A stretch of 64,000 nucleotides of DNA from Candidatus Elulimicrobiales bacterium (lineage in GTDB: Bacteria > Patescibacteriota > Minisyncoccia > Phycocordibacterales > UBA5272), in the NCBI GenBank assembly GCA_034927475.1, contig JAYFPW010000006.1, forward strand, positions 9,197 through 73,196. The letters run 5' to 3'. Both the position numbers and the translations under genes were made by a program. Positions 28,900 through 38,396 of the stretch are shown in pieces. The notes under the pieces are model-generated. The model did not search any database, was not told the DNA's origin, and saw only the letters and a list, made by a program, of their open reading frames with translations. Each line of letters starts with the position of its first letter. Position 1 is the stretch's first letter.

Positions 28900-29706
28900 T
28901 TAATTTACTTGTATCGATCTGACAGTTTCTAGGAAATCAAATTGTGAGGTAGTCATTATCAAATATTTTTTATTAACATAACCATAAAGAATGGTCATTA
29001 AACCAGCATCAGCGATTTCAAAATCTTGATTGTTTAAAGTTTTAGATTCCCAAACAACATCATTTGAAGACATTGGTTTAGCTGTAATAATTATCGGCGT
29101 TAAAGTATTTTGATCTATAGAGGTAGAAGAAGTGGCGTCATTTGTGAATGGTGTAGTAACAATATCACCAAAACTTTCCATACCAGATGAAATATTTTGA
29201 ATTTTAAATGCGTGGAATAAGTCGCTATTTAAATCTCTTTTATTAGCTAAAATATAAGCGAACAAAGCAGAGTAATTGTCTATATTAGTATTATTTGGGC
29301 GAATAGTTAATACAATAATATTATTTTTCTGAACAACAGCTTCTATATAAGGAGAAATTCCGGGAGCGAGTTTTGGAAGAATTTTTGATAAATCATTTTG
29401 TATACCATCTTGAGCAAGTTGCTGCTCTTGTCTTTGGTTTGCTTCAGAAATAAGTCTGGCCTCTTCTTGTCTTTCAAGATATTTATTATAAAAATAATAA
29501 CCTAAAATAGCCAAAGATGCTGCGATAAATAATATGGCAATAAAAGTTAAAACTTTTTTTGTTAAAGAAGAATCTTTTTTTTCCGGAACAAGAATATCGC
29601 TTTTTTTATTTATTTTTTCTATTCCTCCAGAAATTGGAGCTTCGTCAAAACCACGATTATCATTGATATCGTCTTCGAATGTTCGGATAGTAGGAATGTA
29701 TGCCAT
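28900..29706 (-). CDS. Hypothetical single-TM protein
   Basis: IRTFEDD N-terminus followed by one TM helix; 268 aa. Confidence 0.7.
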   Translation of the reverse strand: MAYIPTIRTFEDDINDNRGFDEAPISGGIEKINKKSDILVPEKKDSSLTKKVLTFIAILFIAASLAILGYYFYNKYLERQEEARLISEANQRQEQQLAQDGIQNDLSKILPKLAPGISPYIEAVVQKNNIIVLTIRPNNTNIDNYSALFAYILANKRDLNSDLFHAFKIQNISSGMESFGDIVTTPFTNDATSSTSIDQNTLTPIIITAKPMSSNDVVWESKTLNNQDFEIADAGLMTILYGYVNKKYLIMTTSQFDFLETVRSIQVN

Positions 29707-29762
29707 AGAAAAAGAATCTAACTATAATAAAATTATATCACAAAAGTTTTTTTAAATTCTTT

Positions 29763-30314
29763 TTATTTATTCTTTTTTATAAATCTTTTCTTAGCAATGT
29801 GTTTAGCTCTTTTATGAGAGATAACAAACTTTTCTGGATTTTCACACATATCCACAAAATCTTCGCTAACTTCTTTTAATCTAGATGAAGTCGATTTACC
29901 AAATGAAATCACTTCTACTTGGGTTGAGTTTTTTAAATATTCTACAAGAGGTTCAAAATCCCCATCACCTGTCGCAAGAATTATAGTATCCACTTTTGGT
30001 GCTAACCTGATAGCGTCGATAGCCAAACCGACATCCCAATCGCCTTTTTTATTTCCACCAAAAAAAACTTGTAAGTCTTTGATTTTTGTTTCTATTCCAA
30101 TTTTTGTTAAAGCTTCGAAAAAGTCTGTCTCGTCCCCTGCTTCTGTAGCAATCACATAAGCGATGGCTCGCACAAGATGTCTTCCAGCAAGCGCTTCTTC
30201 TAAAACGTTTTTGAAATTTACTTTTGCATTATATAAATTTTTTGCACTGTGATATAAGTTTTGAGTATCGATCAAAATCGCTACTCTTTGGTCTTTTTGT
30301 TTAATAATAGACAT
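29763..30314 (-). CDS. NYN (LabA/DUF88) PIN-fold domain protein
   Basis: ILIDTQNL, KGDWDVGLAID and TGDGDF. Confidence 0.92.
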   Translation of the reverse strand: MSIIKQKDQRVAILIDTQNLYHSAKNLYNAKVNFKNVLEEALAGRHLVRAIAYVIATEAGDETDFFEALTKIGIETKIKDLQVFFGGNKKGDWDVGLAIDAIRLAPKVDTIILATGDGDFEPLVEYLKNSTQVEVISFGKSTSSRLKEVSEDFVDMCENPEKFVISHKRAKHIAKKRFIKKNK

Positions 30315-30451
30315 ATATTTGTTGTTATTTATTTTAAATTATAAAAAATTAATTTGCACTTTTTAATATAAAAATTTACTTGTTTATTATAGCAAGATAA
30401 TAACCTTATAATTTAATTAAAAATCATCTTCGCTGAGAAGATGATTTTTAA

Positions 30452-30718
30452 TTATGCTCTGAGCCCTAATTTTTTAGTTACTTTTTTGTGAACTTCTGGT
30501 TGATTTTTTTCTAAATATTTTAAATGAGATCTTCTGTCTGCAACCAATTGAATTAAACCTCTTCTTGAACTGTTATCTTTTTTATGAGTTTTAAGATGAT
30601 TAGTTACTTCTTCAATTCGACGAGTCAAAATAGCGACTTGAGAGCCTGCAGAACCAGTATCTGTGTCATGCATCTGTACTTCCTTGATAGCATTTGCCTT
30701 TTTTCTTTTTGTAAGCAT
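30452..30718 (-). CDS. rpsO: 30S ribosomal protein S15
   Basis: DTGSAGSQVAILT, HKKDNSSRRGL and LGLR. Confidence 0.97.
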   Translation of the reverse strand: MLTKRKKANAIKEVQMHDTDTGSAGSQVAILTRRIEEVTNHLKTHKKDNSSRRGLIQLVADRRSHLKYLEKNQPEVHKKVTKKLGLRA

Positions 30719-30836
30719 ATTAGTATTAAAATTATCTTGACTTAAACAAGTTTGTATATCATATCATACTTTTCTAAAAAAAGCAAGTATAAGAAAAGTT
30801 TGAATATAAGTATTTTAACTGTGCTAAAATATAACC

Positions 30837-31874
30837 ATGTCGCACAATATCTCCATAAAAGAGCTTGAAAACCTAAAAGACAGCTTTCTAGAATATATAG
30901 AAATTGAAAGAGGTAGATCACTTTTAACTGTTAGAAATTATATTCACTATCTCGACAGGTTTATTAAATTCTTAAAAGATAATAAATTTTCGACCGTGGA
31001 TGATAGGGTTATGCGTGAGTATAGACTTTTCTTGAATCGCCTCCCCTCAAAAGGGAATTATAATTCAAAAAATAAACTTTCAGAAACTTTAGATAAAAAA
31101 ACTCAAAACTATCACTTGATAGCGCTCAGGGCTTTTTTGAAATATTGTCGCAGAAAAGAAGTAGAAGTCTATAATCCAGAAAAAATTGAATTAGCTAAAA
31201 CCTCTCAAAGAGAATTAGATTTAATCACTGAAAAAGATTTAGAAAATCTTTTAAATGCACCAGAAGAATTTTATGAAGCGAGAATTAAAGAATTAAATAA
31301 TTCAAAAAATAAAATTAAAGATTTAGAAGGGCAAAAAAAGAATCTTCTTTTAACTTCTCTGAGAGATAAAGCTATTTTAGAAACCTTTTTCTCTACCGGG
31401 CTTCGTGTTTCTGAACTTTGTTCTCTTGATAGAGATGAAGATTTGTCTCATGGAGAAATATCTATTCGCGGAAAAGGTGGAAAAGTCAGAGTCGTCTTTT
31501 TTTCGGATTTTGCTAGAAATGCTATCAGAGAATATTTAAAAGAAAGAGTTGATATCGACGACGCTATGTTTATAGATTTATCTTTTACCGCTAAAGGTAG
31601 AATTAAAGATGGAAAAGATTTAAGATTAACCACTAGAAGCGTAGAAAGAATTATAAAAAAATATGCAGAATTTGTTGGTATTTCTAAAAAATGTACCCCC
31701 CATGTTTTAAGACACTCTTTTGCTACCGATCTTTTAAAAAATGGAGCTGATATAAGGACGGTGCAAATGATGCTTGGCCACGCTTCTATCGCCACTACTC
31801 AGATTTATACAAATGTGACAAACAAATTCTTAAAAGACCAGTTTGCAAAGTATCATTCTAAAAAAAGAAGTTAA
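30837..31874 (+). CDS. xerC: XerC/XerD-family tyrosine recombinase
   Basis: TGLRVSEL, GKGGKVR, TPHVLRHSFAT, LGHASIATTQIYT (R-K-H-R-H-Y catalytic set). Confidence 0.88.
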   Translation: MSHNISIKELENLKDSFLEYIEIERGRSLLTVRNYIHYLDRFIKFLKDNKFSTVDDRVMREYRLFLNRLPSKGNYNSKNKLSETLDKKTQNYHLIALRAFLKYCRRKEVEVYNPEKIELAKTSQRELDLITEKDLENLLNAPEEFYEARIKELNNSKNKIKDLEGQKKNLLLTSLRDKAILETFFSTGLRVSELCSLDRDEDLSHGEISIRGKGGKVRVVFFSDFARNAIREYLKERVDIDDAMFIDLSFTAKGRIKDGKDLRLTTRSVERIIKKYAEFVGISKKCTPHVLRHSFATDLLKNGADIRTVQMMLGHASIATTQIYTNVTNKFLKDQFAKYHSKKRS

Positions 31875-31909
31875 TTTTCGTTTGAGATAGCTTATGTTAA
31901 AATAGTTTT

Positions 31910-32683
31910 ATGAAAATAATTACTTGGAATGTAAACGGGCTTCGCGCTATAGAAAGAAAAGGAGGATTAGATAATTTAGTAGAAAAATATTCTCCAGATA
32001 TCATCTGTTTGCAAGAAACTAAATCCCATATTGATCAATTAGAAGATAAAACAAAAGATAAACAGGGATATTATTCATTCTTTGAATCTGCAAATAATAG
32101 AAAAGGTTATTCTGGGGTGGCTATTTATACAAAAAAGCAGCCAATAAAAGTTTCTGGGACAATGGGTTATAAAGAGGAAGAATTTTTAGATAATGAAGGT
32201 AGAACTATCGTTGCTGAATACGAAGATTTTTATTTATTAAATGGATATTTTCCAAATGGAAATAAAAGTGAAGAACATTTTCAATATAAACTCGATTATT
32301 ATAAAAGATTTTTAAATTTAGCTAGAAAACTAGAAAAGAAAAAACCTGTGATTTTTTGTGGAGATGTAAATGCCACAGTCGCCGATATTGATCTTGCCCG
32401 TCCAAAAGAAAATGCAGGACAAGTTGGTTGTACTCCAGAAGAAAGAGAATTGCTTCAGGAATGGAGAAAATATTTTATTGATATTTGGAGAGAAGAAAAT
32501 CCAGAAAAGCAAGAATATACTTGGTGGGATATGAAAACTTTTGCCAGAGAGAGAAATGTCGGCTGGAGAATTGATTATTTTTTTATTTCTAAGTCTTTAA
32601 AAAGTAAAATCAAAAATGTAGAGATTTTAGGAGAAGTTTTTGGTTCAGATCATTGTCCAATAATTTTAGATATTAAGATTTAA
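31910..32683 (+). CDS. xth: Exodeoxyribonuclease III / AP endonuclease
   Basis: TWNVNGLRA, CLQETK, GYSGVA, GDVN, GWRIDYF and GSDHCP. Confidence 0.96.
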   Translation: MKIITWNVNGLRAIERKGGLDNLVEKYSPDIICLQETKSHIDQLEDKTKDKQGYYSFFESANNRKGYSGVAIYTKKQPIKVSGTMGYKEEEFLDNEGRTIVAEYEDFYLLNGYFPNGNKSEEHFQYKLDYYKRFLNLARKLEKKKPVIFCGDVNATVADIDLARPKENAGQVGCTPEERELLQEWRKYFIDIWREENPEKQEYTWWDMKTFARERNVGWRIDYFFISKSLKSKIKNVEILGEVFGSDHCPIILDIKI

Positions 32684-32759
32684 AAATCTAGTACTGTTTA
32701 AATAAAATAAAAAACACTTATAGAAAAGTGTTTTTTATTTTTTATTAAAATTTATTTTA

Positions 32760-34181
32760 TTAGTTTACTAAGACAGAAGGAGAGGTGTTTGTTGATAAGA
32801 CCTCAAGAGGAAGAGATAGAGGAACTTCATAAAATACAATCTTACACCACCATGATGTTGTTGGGCATGTTACTGGAGGAGGAACATAAGAACTATCGCC
32901 ACCTCCACCCCCTCCACCATTCATCATAATAGTATCTGCTTCCAAAGCTTGGATTAAAGCATTAGCTTTCTTTATATTTAAGAATTTCTCTAAGTAATTA
33001 AGCATCTCGCAAGGCTTTCTAGGGTCGCTACAATCTCCAGGAACAGTTGGTAAAGGTTTTGGACAAACCTTAGTTTCTGGAACAATTGATCCATCAGGAC
33101 AGGGTTTATAACAAGTTGCAGTTGTAACAACCACAGTTCCGTCTGCACAAGTCTTAGTTGCTGGACAATTTTGAGTGGAAGGTATACTACTTCCATCAGG
33201 ACAAGTTTTAATTGTCGGAGTGGTTGGAACTGTTGGGGTTGTTGGACAATCTTCAGTAATTAAAACTCTACCTCCACTCGGACAAGATTTATATTGATCT
33301 GTAACTAAATTCCAAGAGCCTTTGTTTATGACATTTCTATTAGGGGTATAAGTTGTGTAAGATGGTCTAAATTTGAATTGGGCTACATATTGTCCAGGAT
33401 CTGCGTTTGTCGGTATAAATACAGAAGATGGAATTGCTTCACTACCATACACATAAGTTCTTGATAAAATAGGGCGCTGTCCAGTATTTACATCTATAAG
33501 AGTGGGGGTGTATGGTTCAGCATAGGCATAGCTACTAACATAAAGAGGAACATTAGCGGTATTTTTATCTACAAGGATAACGTCATGTGCTTCGCCAGAT
33601 GTATAAGTGCTACCTCCACTACCATATCGATCAGCGATATACCCAGTATATGAAAAAGTACCCTTTATATTACGCTGAGAATCTATATATACATCACTTA
33701 AGTTGGTAATTGTGAGGTCTACAATAGTATTTCCATAATTATCTCTCAGGTCTATACTACTAGCATTCCAGACGTTGAAGACCTGACGCCCCTCTAGGTA
33801 CACAGTATTTTTATTTGAGTCTAGATAAAAAACAGGAGCTTGAGAGAGTTGTTTAAGAGTTAAGAAAGAGCTTGTATCTGGTCTTCCTATTTCGAAGTTA
33901 TAATTGTACATATATAACGTTTGAGCATGGGTTGCTCCATTTGCACAACGTATATCTTGTTTAGGGTTTACATAGACATAAGGTGTGATAGTGTCTCCAG
34001 GTTTAAATTTCCCAAGACTACCACCAGTTAATCTATACTCTACAACGAGAGATGCATTTGAAGAGGATTGGGTAGGATCGGTAAAAGTTACACTAAATAC
34101 ATCTGCGCTTGCAATTTTTGCGGCGGAGAAGAATAAGATTGGAGTTAATATTGCAAAGATTATATTTTTATTAATTTTCAT
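32760..34181 (-). CDS. Secreted protein with Cys-rich CPDG repeats
   Basis: Signal peptide; TCPDGSSIPSTQNCP, TCADGTVVVTTATC and PCPDGSIVPETKVCP. Confidence 0.78.
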   Translation of the reverse strand: MKINKNIIFAILTPILFFSAAKIASADVFSVTFTDPTQSSSNASLVVEYRLTGGSLGKFKPGDTITPYVYVNPKQDIRCANGATHAQTLYMYNYNFEIGRPDTSSFLTLKQLSQAPVFYLDSNKNTVYLEGRQVFNVWNASSIDLRDNYGNTIVDLTITNLSDVYIDSQRNIKGTFSYTGYIADRYGSGGSTYTSGEAHDVILVDKNTANVPLYVSSYAYAEPYTPTLIDVNTGQRPILSRTYVYGSEAIPSSVFIPTNADPGQYVAQFKFRPSYTTYTPNRNVINKGSWNLVTDQYKSCPSGGRVLITEDCPTTPTVPTTPTIKTCPDGSSIPSTQNCPATKTCADGTVVVTTATCYKPCPDGSIVPETKVCPKPLPTVPGDCSDPRKPCEMLNYLEKFLNIKKANALIQALEADTIMMNGGGGGGGDSSYVPPPVTCPTTSWWCKIVFYEVPLSLPLEVLSTNTSPSVLVN

Positions 34182-34209
34182 ATTTTTGTTGTTAAATTTA
34201 TAATAAAGA

Positions 34210-35553
34210 TTATTTATCCTCGACCTTTTGTTTTTTAAGAAGTAGAATTCCGACAGCTATTAAAACTAGCACTAAAATTAATACCACTACATATATTGCG
34301 TTAGCATTTGCAAAAGAAAAGCTAGCTTTAGGAATATTTGCATTTATTTGTACATTTGTCACAGGATTGTTTAAATCAATCTTTGTGGTATCTAAGACAT
34401 TGCCATTATCATCTAATATACTTACTTCGGCTATAGCTCCGTCACAAGTTTTATCAATTGCCACCTTAATAAGATCTTCTCCTAAGATCTCAGGTGTGGC
34501 AACTTTTTTATTTACAGAACCACAAATATTTCCATTAGAATCTTTGATATCTATCTTAGTACGATATGTAGCATCGCTACCAGGAAGTCTTGAGAAGGAG
34601 AAGGTGTCAGCAGAAGCTGTCCAAAGAACTTTCACTTGTGCTTCATCTCCAGCTACATAATTAGTCTTATCCATTAAAACATTTTGAATAGTTGCTGATA
34701 CTCCAGAAATAACGTAGTGTAAAAATACTGAGTAAGAAACTTTTTCACCTTTACTATTAATTAAGAAAGTATCGATATCATACGCTTGTGGTGTAGTCTG
34801 AGTAGGGACTGGAAAAGTTATTGTCTGAGTACTCTTCCCTTTAATGGTAATAGGGTCTGGTAGAATTTCATTAGTCAAAATATCTCCCAACTGATCTCTT
34901 TTATGGGTAATAAGTTGTAATCTTAAATCATCTCCCTTCAAGGTATTATTTGTTATCTCACAAGAAGCAATTAATTTTTCTACTCCAGCTTTGATCGTCA
35001 CCCCTTCACCAAAGGCGTATGTAGTATTAGGATCATCACCCTCTACTTTCAAATAACACTTATCTACATCTAACCCAGAACTATTTTCAATGGTTATATA
35101 TTTTTCTGGAAAACTTGTAGGAGAAGTTGCTAAAAGTAGTCCATTTTGATTTTGAGCTACTATAAGCATTCTATAAACTCCATCAGAAATATAGTCCGGA
35201 ATTGTGTATTCCAGTGTTATTTCTTTTTGATCATTCTCTCCCAGAGTTATAGCCTTATTAACCAGGTATATATCAATAGGTTTATTATTGTATCTCCTTA
35301 TTAATTGAATACCGTATCGAATATTTGGTTGTATACCTTCTCTGTTAGTAAATACAAAAGATACAGAATAAGTCTTGTTGTTAATTTTTGTACTAGTAGC
35401 ATCGTAAATATTTACAGTTGCCAATTTGACTACTTCCATTTTCGTCTCTGGAACACTGGCTGTTGTTTGAGCAACTACTCTATAAGTATTTGCTACAGCA
35501 AAAAGTGCCAAAGCTAAGAAGGTTATAGAAAACAATTTTATAATTTTTTTCAT
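34210..35553 (-). CDS. Secreted beta-rich (Ig-like) protein with a C-terminal TM anchor
   Basis: Signal peptide, beta-strand-rich body, C-terminal hydrophobic helix followed by KKQK. Confidence 0.78.
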   Translation of the reverse strand: MKKIIKLFSITFLALALFAVANTYRVVAQTTASVPETKMEVVKLATVNIYDATSTKINNKTYSVSFVFTNREGIQPNIRYGIQLIRRYNNKPIDIYLVNKAITLGENDQKEITLEYTIPDYISDGVYRMLIVAQNQNGLLLATSPTSFPEKYITIENSSGLDVDKCYLKVEGDDPNTTYAFGEGVTIKAGVEKLIASCEITNNTLKGDDLRLQLITHKRDQLGDILTNEILPDPITIKGKSTQTITFPVPTQTTPQAYDIDTFLINSKGEKVSYSVFLHYVISGVSATIQNVLMDKTNYVAGDEAQVKVLWTASADTFSFSRLPGSDATYRTKIDIKDSNGNICGSVNKKVATPEILGEDLIKVAIDKTCDGAIAEVSILDDNGNVLDTTKIDLNNPVTNVQINANIPKASFSFANANAIYVVVLILVLVLIAVGILLLKKQKVEDK

Positions 35554-35725
35554 AATTTAGTTAAAACTTAAAATATTAATAAATAAATAAATGCAAAACT
35601 TCTCATCTTATTTATAATAAAATTATAGCAAGTAATTCTTTAAATCTGACAAAAGTTATTCACATACACAAAATCACACACAAATTTGTGTGTGATTTTT
35701 TATTTATGAAATTTTAATTATTTAT

Positions 35726-35962
35726 TTACTCCAAAAAATTTTCTTCTCTAAGAGCGTTTTTCTTTTGCATTTTTAGGCTGGCTTTTTCTGCTCTTTTTAT
35801 CTGAGTTGCAGTTTTATTTGTCATATCTCTATTGTTTCTGGTCTGTATATCTATACTTGCCATTGTTGGGCTGGAAAAGAGCATTGTTGAAGCCAAAGTC
35901 ACTCCGGAAACTCCTAGAAGAACATCTTTTTGAAGCCTTTGCAGGCTATATCTTCTAGTCAT
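35726..35962 (-). CDS. Small secreted hypothetical protein
   Basis: 78 aa with a signal-like segment ending PTMA; followed by a hairpin at ~35669-35700. Confidence 0.55.
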   Translation of the reverse strand: MTRRYSLQRLQKDVLLGVSGVTLASTMLFSSPTMASIDIQTRNNRDMTNKTATQIKRAEKASLKMQKKNALREENFLE

Positions 35963-36089
35963 ATTTATTATTTTGCTTTATTTTCAACAAAAAACTAAGT
36001 AATAAATTTGTATATAAATTTTTTTTTAATTCATATACATATTCATTGTAACAGACTTTTTAAAATTACAAAATTTTCTTAATTTTTTG

Positions 36090-37187
36090 TTAATTTAATG
36101 CTAATAAGCCAGGAAGTTTTCCGTCTTTTGCTAAATATTCGAGCATTGCGCCGCCAGCTGTAGAGATAAAGGTCTTGTTTTTTGAGACTATTTTAAGGTT
36201 CTTAACAAGAACTAAAGTATCCCCTCCTCCGATTAAAATGTTAACATTTTTATTTTTTAAAATCTTTAAAATAGCAATAGTTCCAGCATCAAACCCATCC
36301 TCGTATAAACCTAAAGGTCCATTTAATATGATATTTTTTGAGTTTTCCACTTCTTTTTTAAGAATAGCTAAAGTTGTTGGGCCAATATCTGCAATATAGT
36401 CTTTCTCTTTAAGTTTATCCACAGTTTCTACTTTTTTATTTTTTAAAATGACATCGATTGGAAGTAATAACTGCTTATTTTTAATAGAAGTTAGTAAAGT
36501 CTTTTTAATAACTGGAGAGATTTTAAAGTCTTTTTCTAAAAATGAAGAACCTGTTTCTAAATTTAAAACATCTTTTAAAATTTGATTTGCCATTCCTCCG
36601 CCAACAAAGACTTTTGCGTTTAAATCTAAAAACTTTGTTATTAAAGGTAATTTTGTAGAGATTTTTGCTCCAGAAAGAATGAGAAGCGTTTTATTTTTTT
36701 TATCTTTTGCTAATTTTAAACTCTTTTCAAGATTTTTAATTTCTATTTTTGACAAGTCTCCCAAGCTTACTTTTTTATTTTCTTTCTTAAATATTTCTGG
36801 AATGCCAACAATAGAAGCGTGTTCTCTATGCATAGTTGCAAAAGCGTCATTAATATATTCGTCCCCTAATGAAGCGAAATATTTAGCGGTCTCTTTAAAT
36901 TCTTTACTACTTTTTTTTAAAGTTTCTCCTTTCCAAAAACGAACATTATCTAAAATTTGAATATTTTCATTTTCTTTTTTATTTAATTTTTTACGTAGAT
37001 AATTTTCAACTGGCTTAAGAGAATCTTTTTTCTCCCCTTTTCCTAAATGGCTGAGAATAATGATTTTATTTTTCTCTGATAATTTTTTTATTTCTGGAAT
37101 AACAGCATCGATTCTTTCAGTGTCTCGAATGTTTCCATTTTTTTCTATTGGCACGTTTAAATCTAAACGTAAAATAATTTTTTTCAT
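36090..37187 (-). CDS. pgk: Phosphoglycerate kinase (compact, 365 aa)
   Basis: RLDLNVP, SHLG, NDAFATMHREHAS, GGGMAN, DIGP, NGPLGLYE, GGGDT and ISTAGGA. Confidence 0.93.
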   Translation of the reverse strand: MKKIILRLDLNVPIEKNGNIRDTERIDAVIPEIKKLSEKNKIIILSHLGKGEKKDSLKPVENYLRKKLNKKENENIQILDNVRFWKGETLKKSSKEFKETAKYFASLGDEYINDAFATMHREHASIVGIPEIFKKENKKVSLGDLSKIEIKNLEKSLKLAKDKKNKTLLILSGAKISTKLPLITKFLDLNAKVFVGGGMANQILKDVLNLETGSSFLEKDFKISPVIKKTLLTSIKNKQLLLPIDVILKNKKVETVDKLKEKDYIADIGPTTLAILKKEVENSKNIILNGPLGLYEDGFDAGTIAILKILKNKNVNILIGGGDTLVLVKNLKIVSKNKTFISTAGGAMLEYLAKDGKLPGLLALN

Positions 37188-37218
37188 ATTTTTAAATTAA
37201 AAGATAATGTTGAAGAAT

Positions 37219-38223
37219 TTAAACTGTGGCTTCAACAAGTATTTTTGCTAAATCTTTTGCGGAAGAAGTTTCGTTGTTGATTAAAATTCCATCAACACTT
37301 CCTTCTTTTAAAATAGAATTAACATTGTTCAAATTAATTGGTCCACTGTATAAAATTCTGACTCTTTTAGCATTGTCTATACCAAAAAGGTTTGCTATAG
37401 CTCGTCTAATAGTGATAACTTTTTCCTGACAATCATCAACATAAACTCTGTCCATATTTAAAATCTTTTTACCAGTTTCGTAACAAATAAAAAGTTTATC
37501 AAAAAAATTATAATGAAGATTTTTCACCATTCTTTTTACGAAACTAGTGAGAAAAGTTAAATCGTCGTTATTGCTTTTAATAATTAAGACAGTTTCCATT
37601 TGATTTTGAAGAGATGTTTTTAATTTTTCCTCTAAAACTTGAAATTCTTTTTCTTTAGCTTTTAATAAAAGCTTTCTTTGTTCTTCACTTTCTTTTTCAG
37701 GATCGATTTTTTCTTCAACAACTTCTTCTTTTTTATTTTGTATATTTTTTTTACTAATACTATTTAGTCTTTGTAAAAAAACATTGTCGATTTCATTTTT
37801 CTTTTTAGATTTTTCTTTTGGTAATTCTTCTACTATTTCTGCGGGAACTTTATTTTCAAATTCGATATCGTTATTTAAAATTACAAATTTAGTACCAATA
37901 CTTTTTATTTGAGAAAAAGTCACACAGTTATTTTTATTGGTTTTATCTATTTCTTCAAAATTTTGTGCGCCAATAATTATTTTTTTTAGCTTTTCATTTT
38001 TCTTTTCTTTTACAAATTCTTGTAACGGATAAATAAAAGAAGAAGGAACAGATAAATAAAGATTCAAATCTCTTTTTTTAGGTTTCTTTTTTAATTCTAT
38101 GTCTTTTTTCCTAGCCAAGTCAGAATATTCTTTTGATAATTCTTTCAAAATGTTTTTTGCTTCTTTCAAATCAGAAACATAACCACGCCAATTTATAATA
38201 GTAATAGGAGTTTTTATTGCCAT
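37219..38223 (-). CDS. Triosephosphate isomerase homolog, catalytically degenerate, with a large insertion
   Basis: IINWR, GAQN, CYE, RILYSG and VDGILI trace the TIM barrel next to pgk; catalytic Lys/His and the phosphate-binding GG are altered. Confidence 0.8.
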   Translation of the reverse strand: MAIKTPITIINWRGYVSDLKEAKNILKELSKEYSDLARKKDIELKKKPKKRDLNLYLSVPSSFIYPLQEFVKEKKNEKLKKIIIGAQNFEEIDKTNKNNCVTFSQIKSIGTKFVILNNDIEFENKVPAEIVEELPKEKSKKKNEIDNVFLQRLNSISKKNIQNKKEEVVEEKIDPEKESEEQRKLLLKAKEKEFQVLEEKLKTSLQNQMETVLIIKSNNDDLTFLTSFVKRMVKNLHYNFFDKLFICYETGKKILNMDRVYVDDCQEKVITIRRAIANLFGIDNAKRVRILYSGPINLNNVNSILKEGSVDGILINNETSSAKDLAKILVEATV

Positions 38224-38396
38224 AAAGACATTTTAACATAAAAGATTTTTTAATTTTCTTTTTTTGACTTTGAAAACTTTTTTTGCTAAAATGTATCTAT
38301 TATTAAGTAAAGGTGTGAAGTTTGGTCGAGCTAGTGCTCGATTTTTTAATTAAAAATTTTGGAAATCAATTAGTAAAAATTAGTAAATTTAAATTT

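Noticed and set aside
30837-31874. Tyrosine recombinase as an integrase of a mobile element or integron
   Set aside because: Flanked by rpsO and xth, with no att repeats or attC cassettes seen; it looks like the housekeeping Xer.
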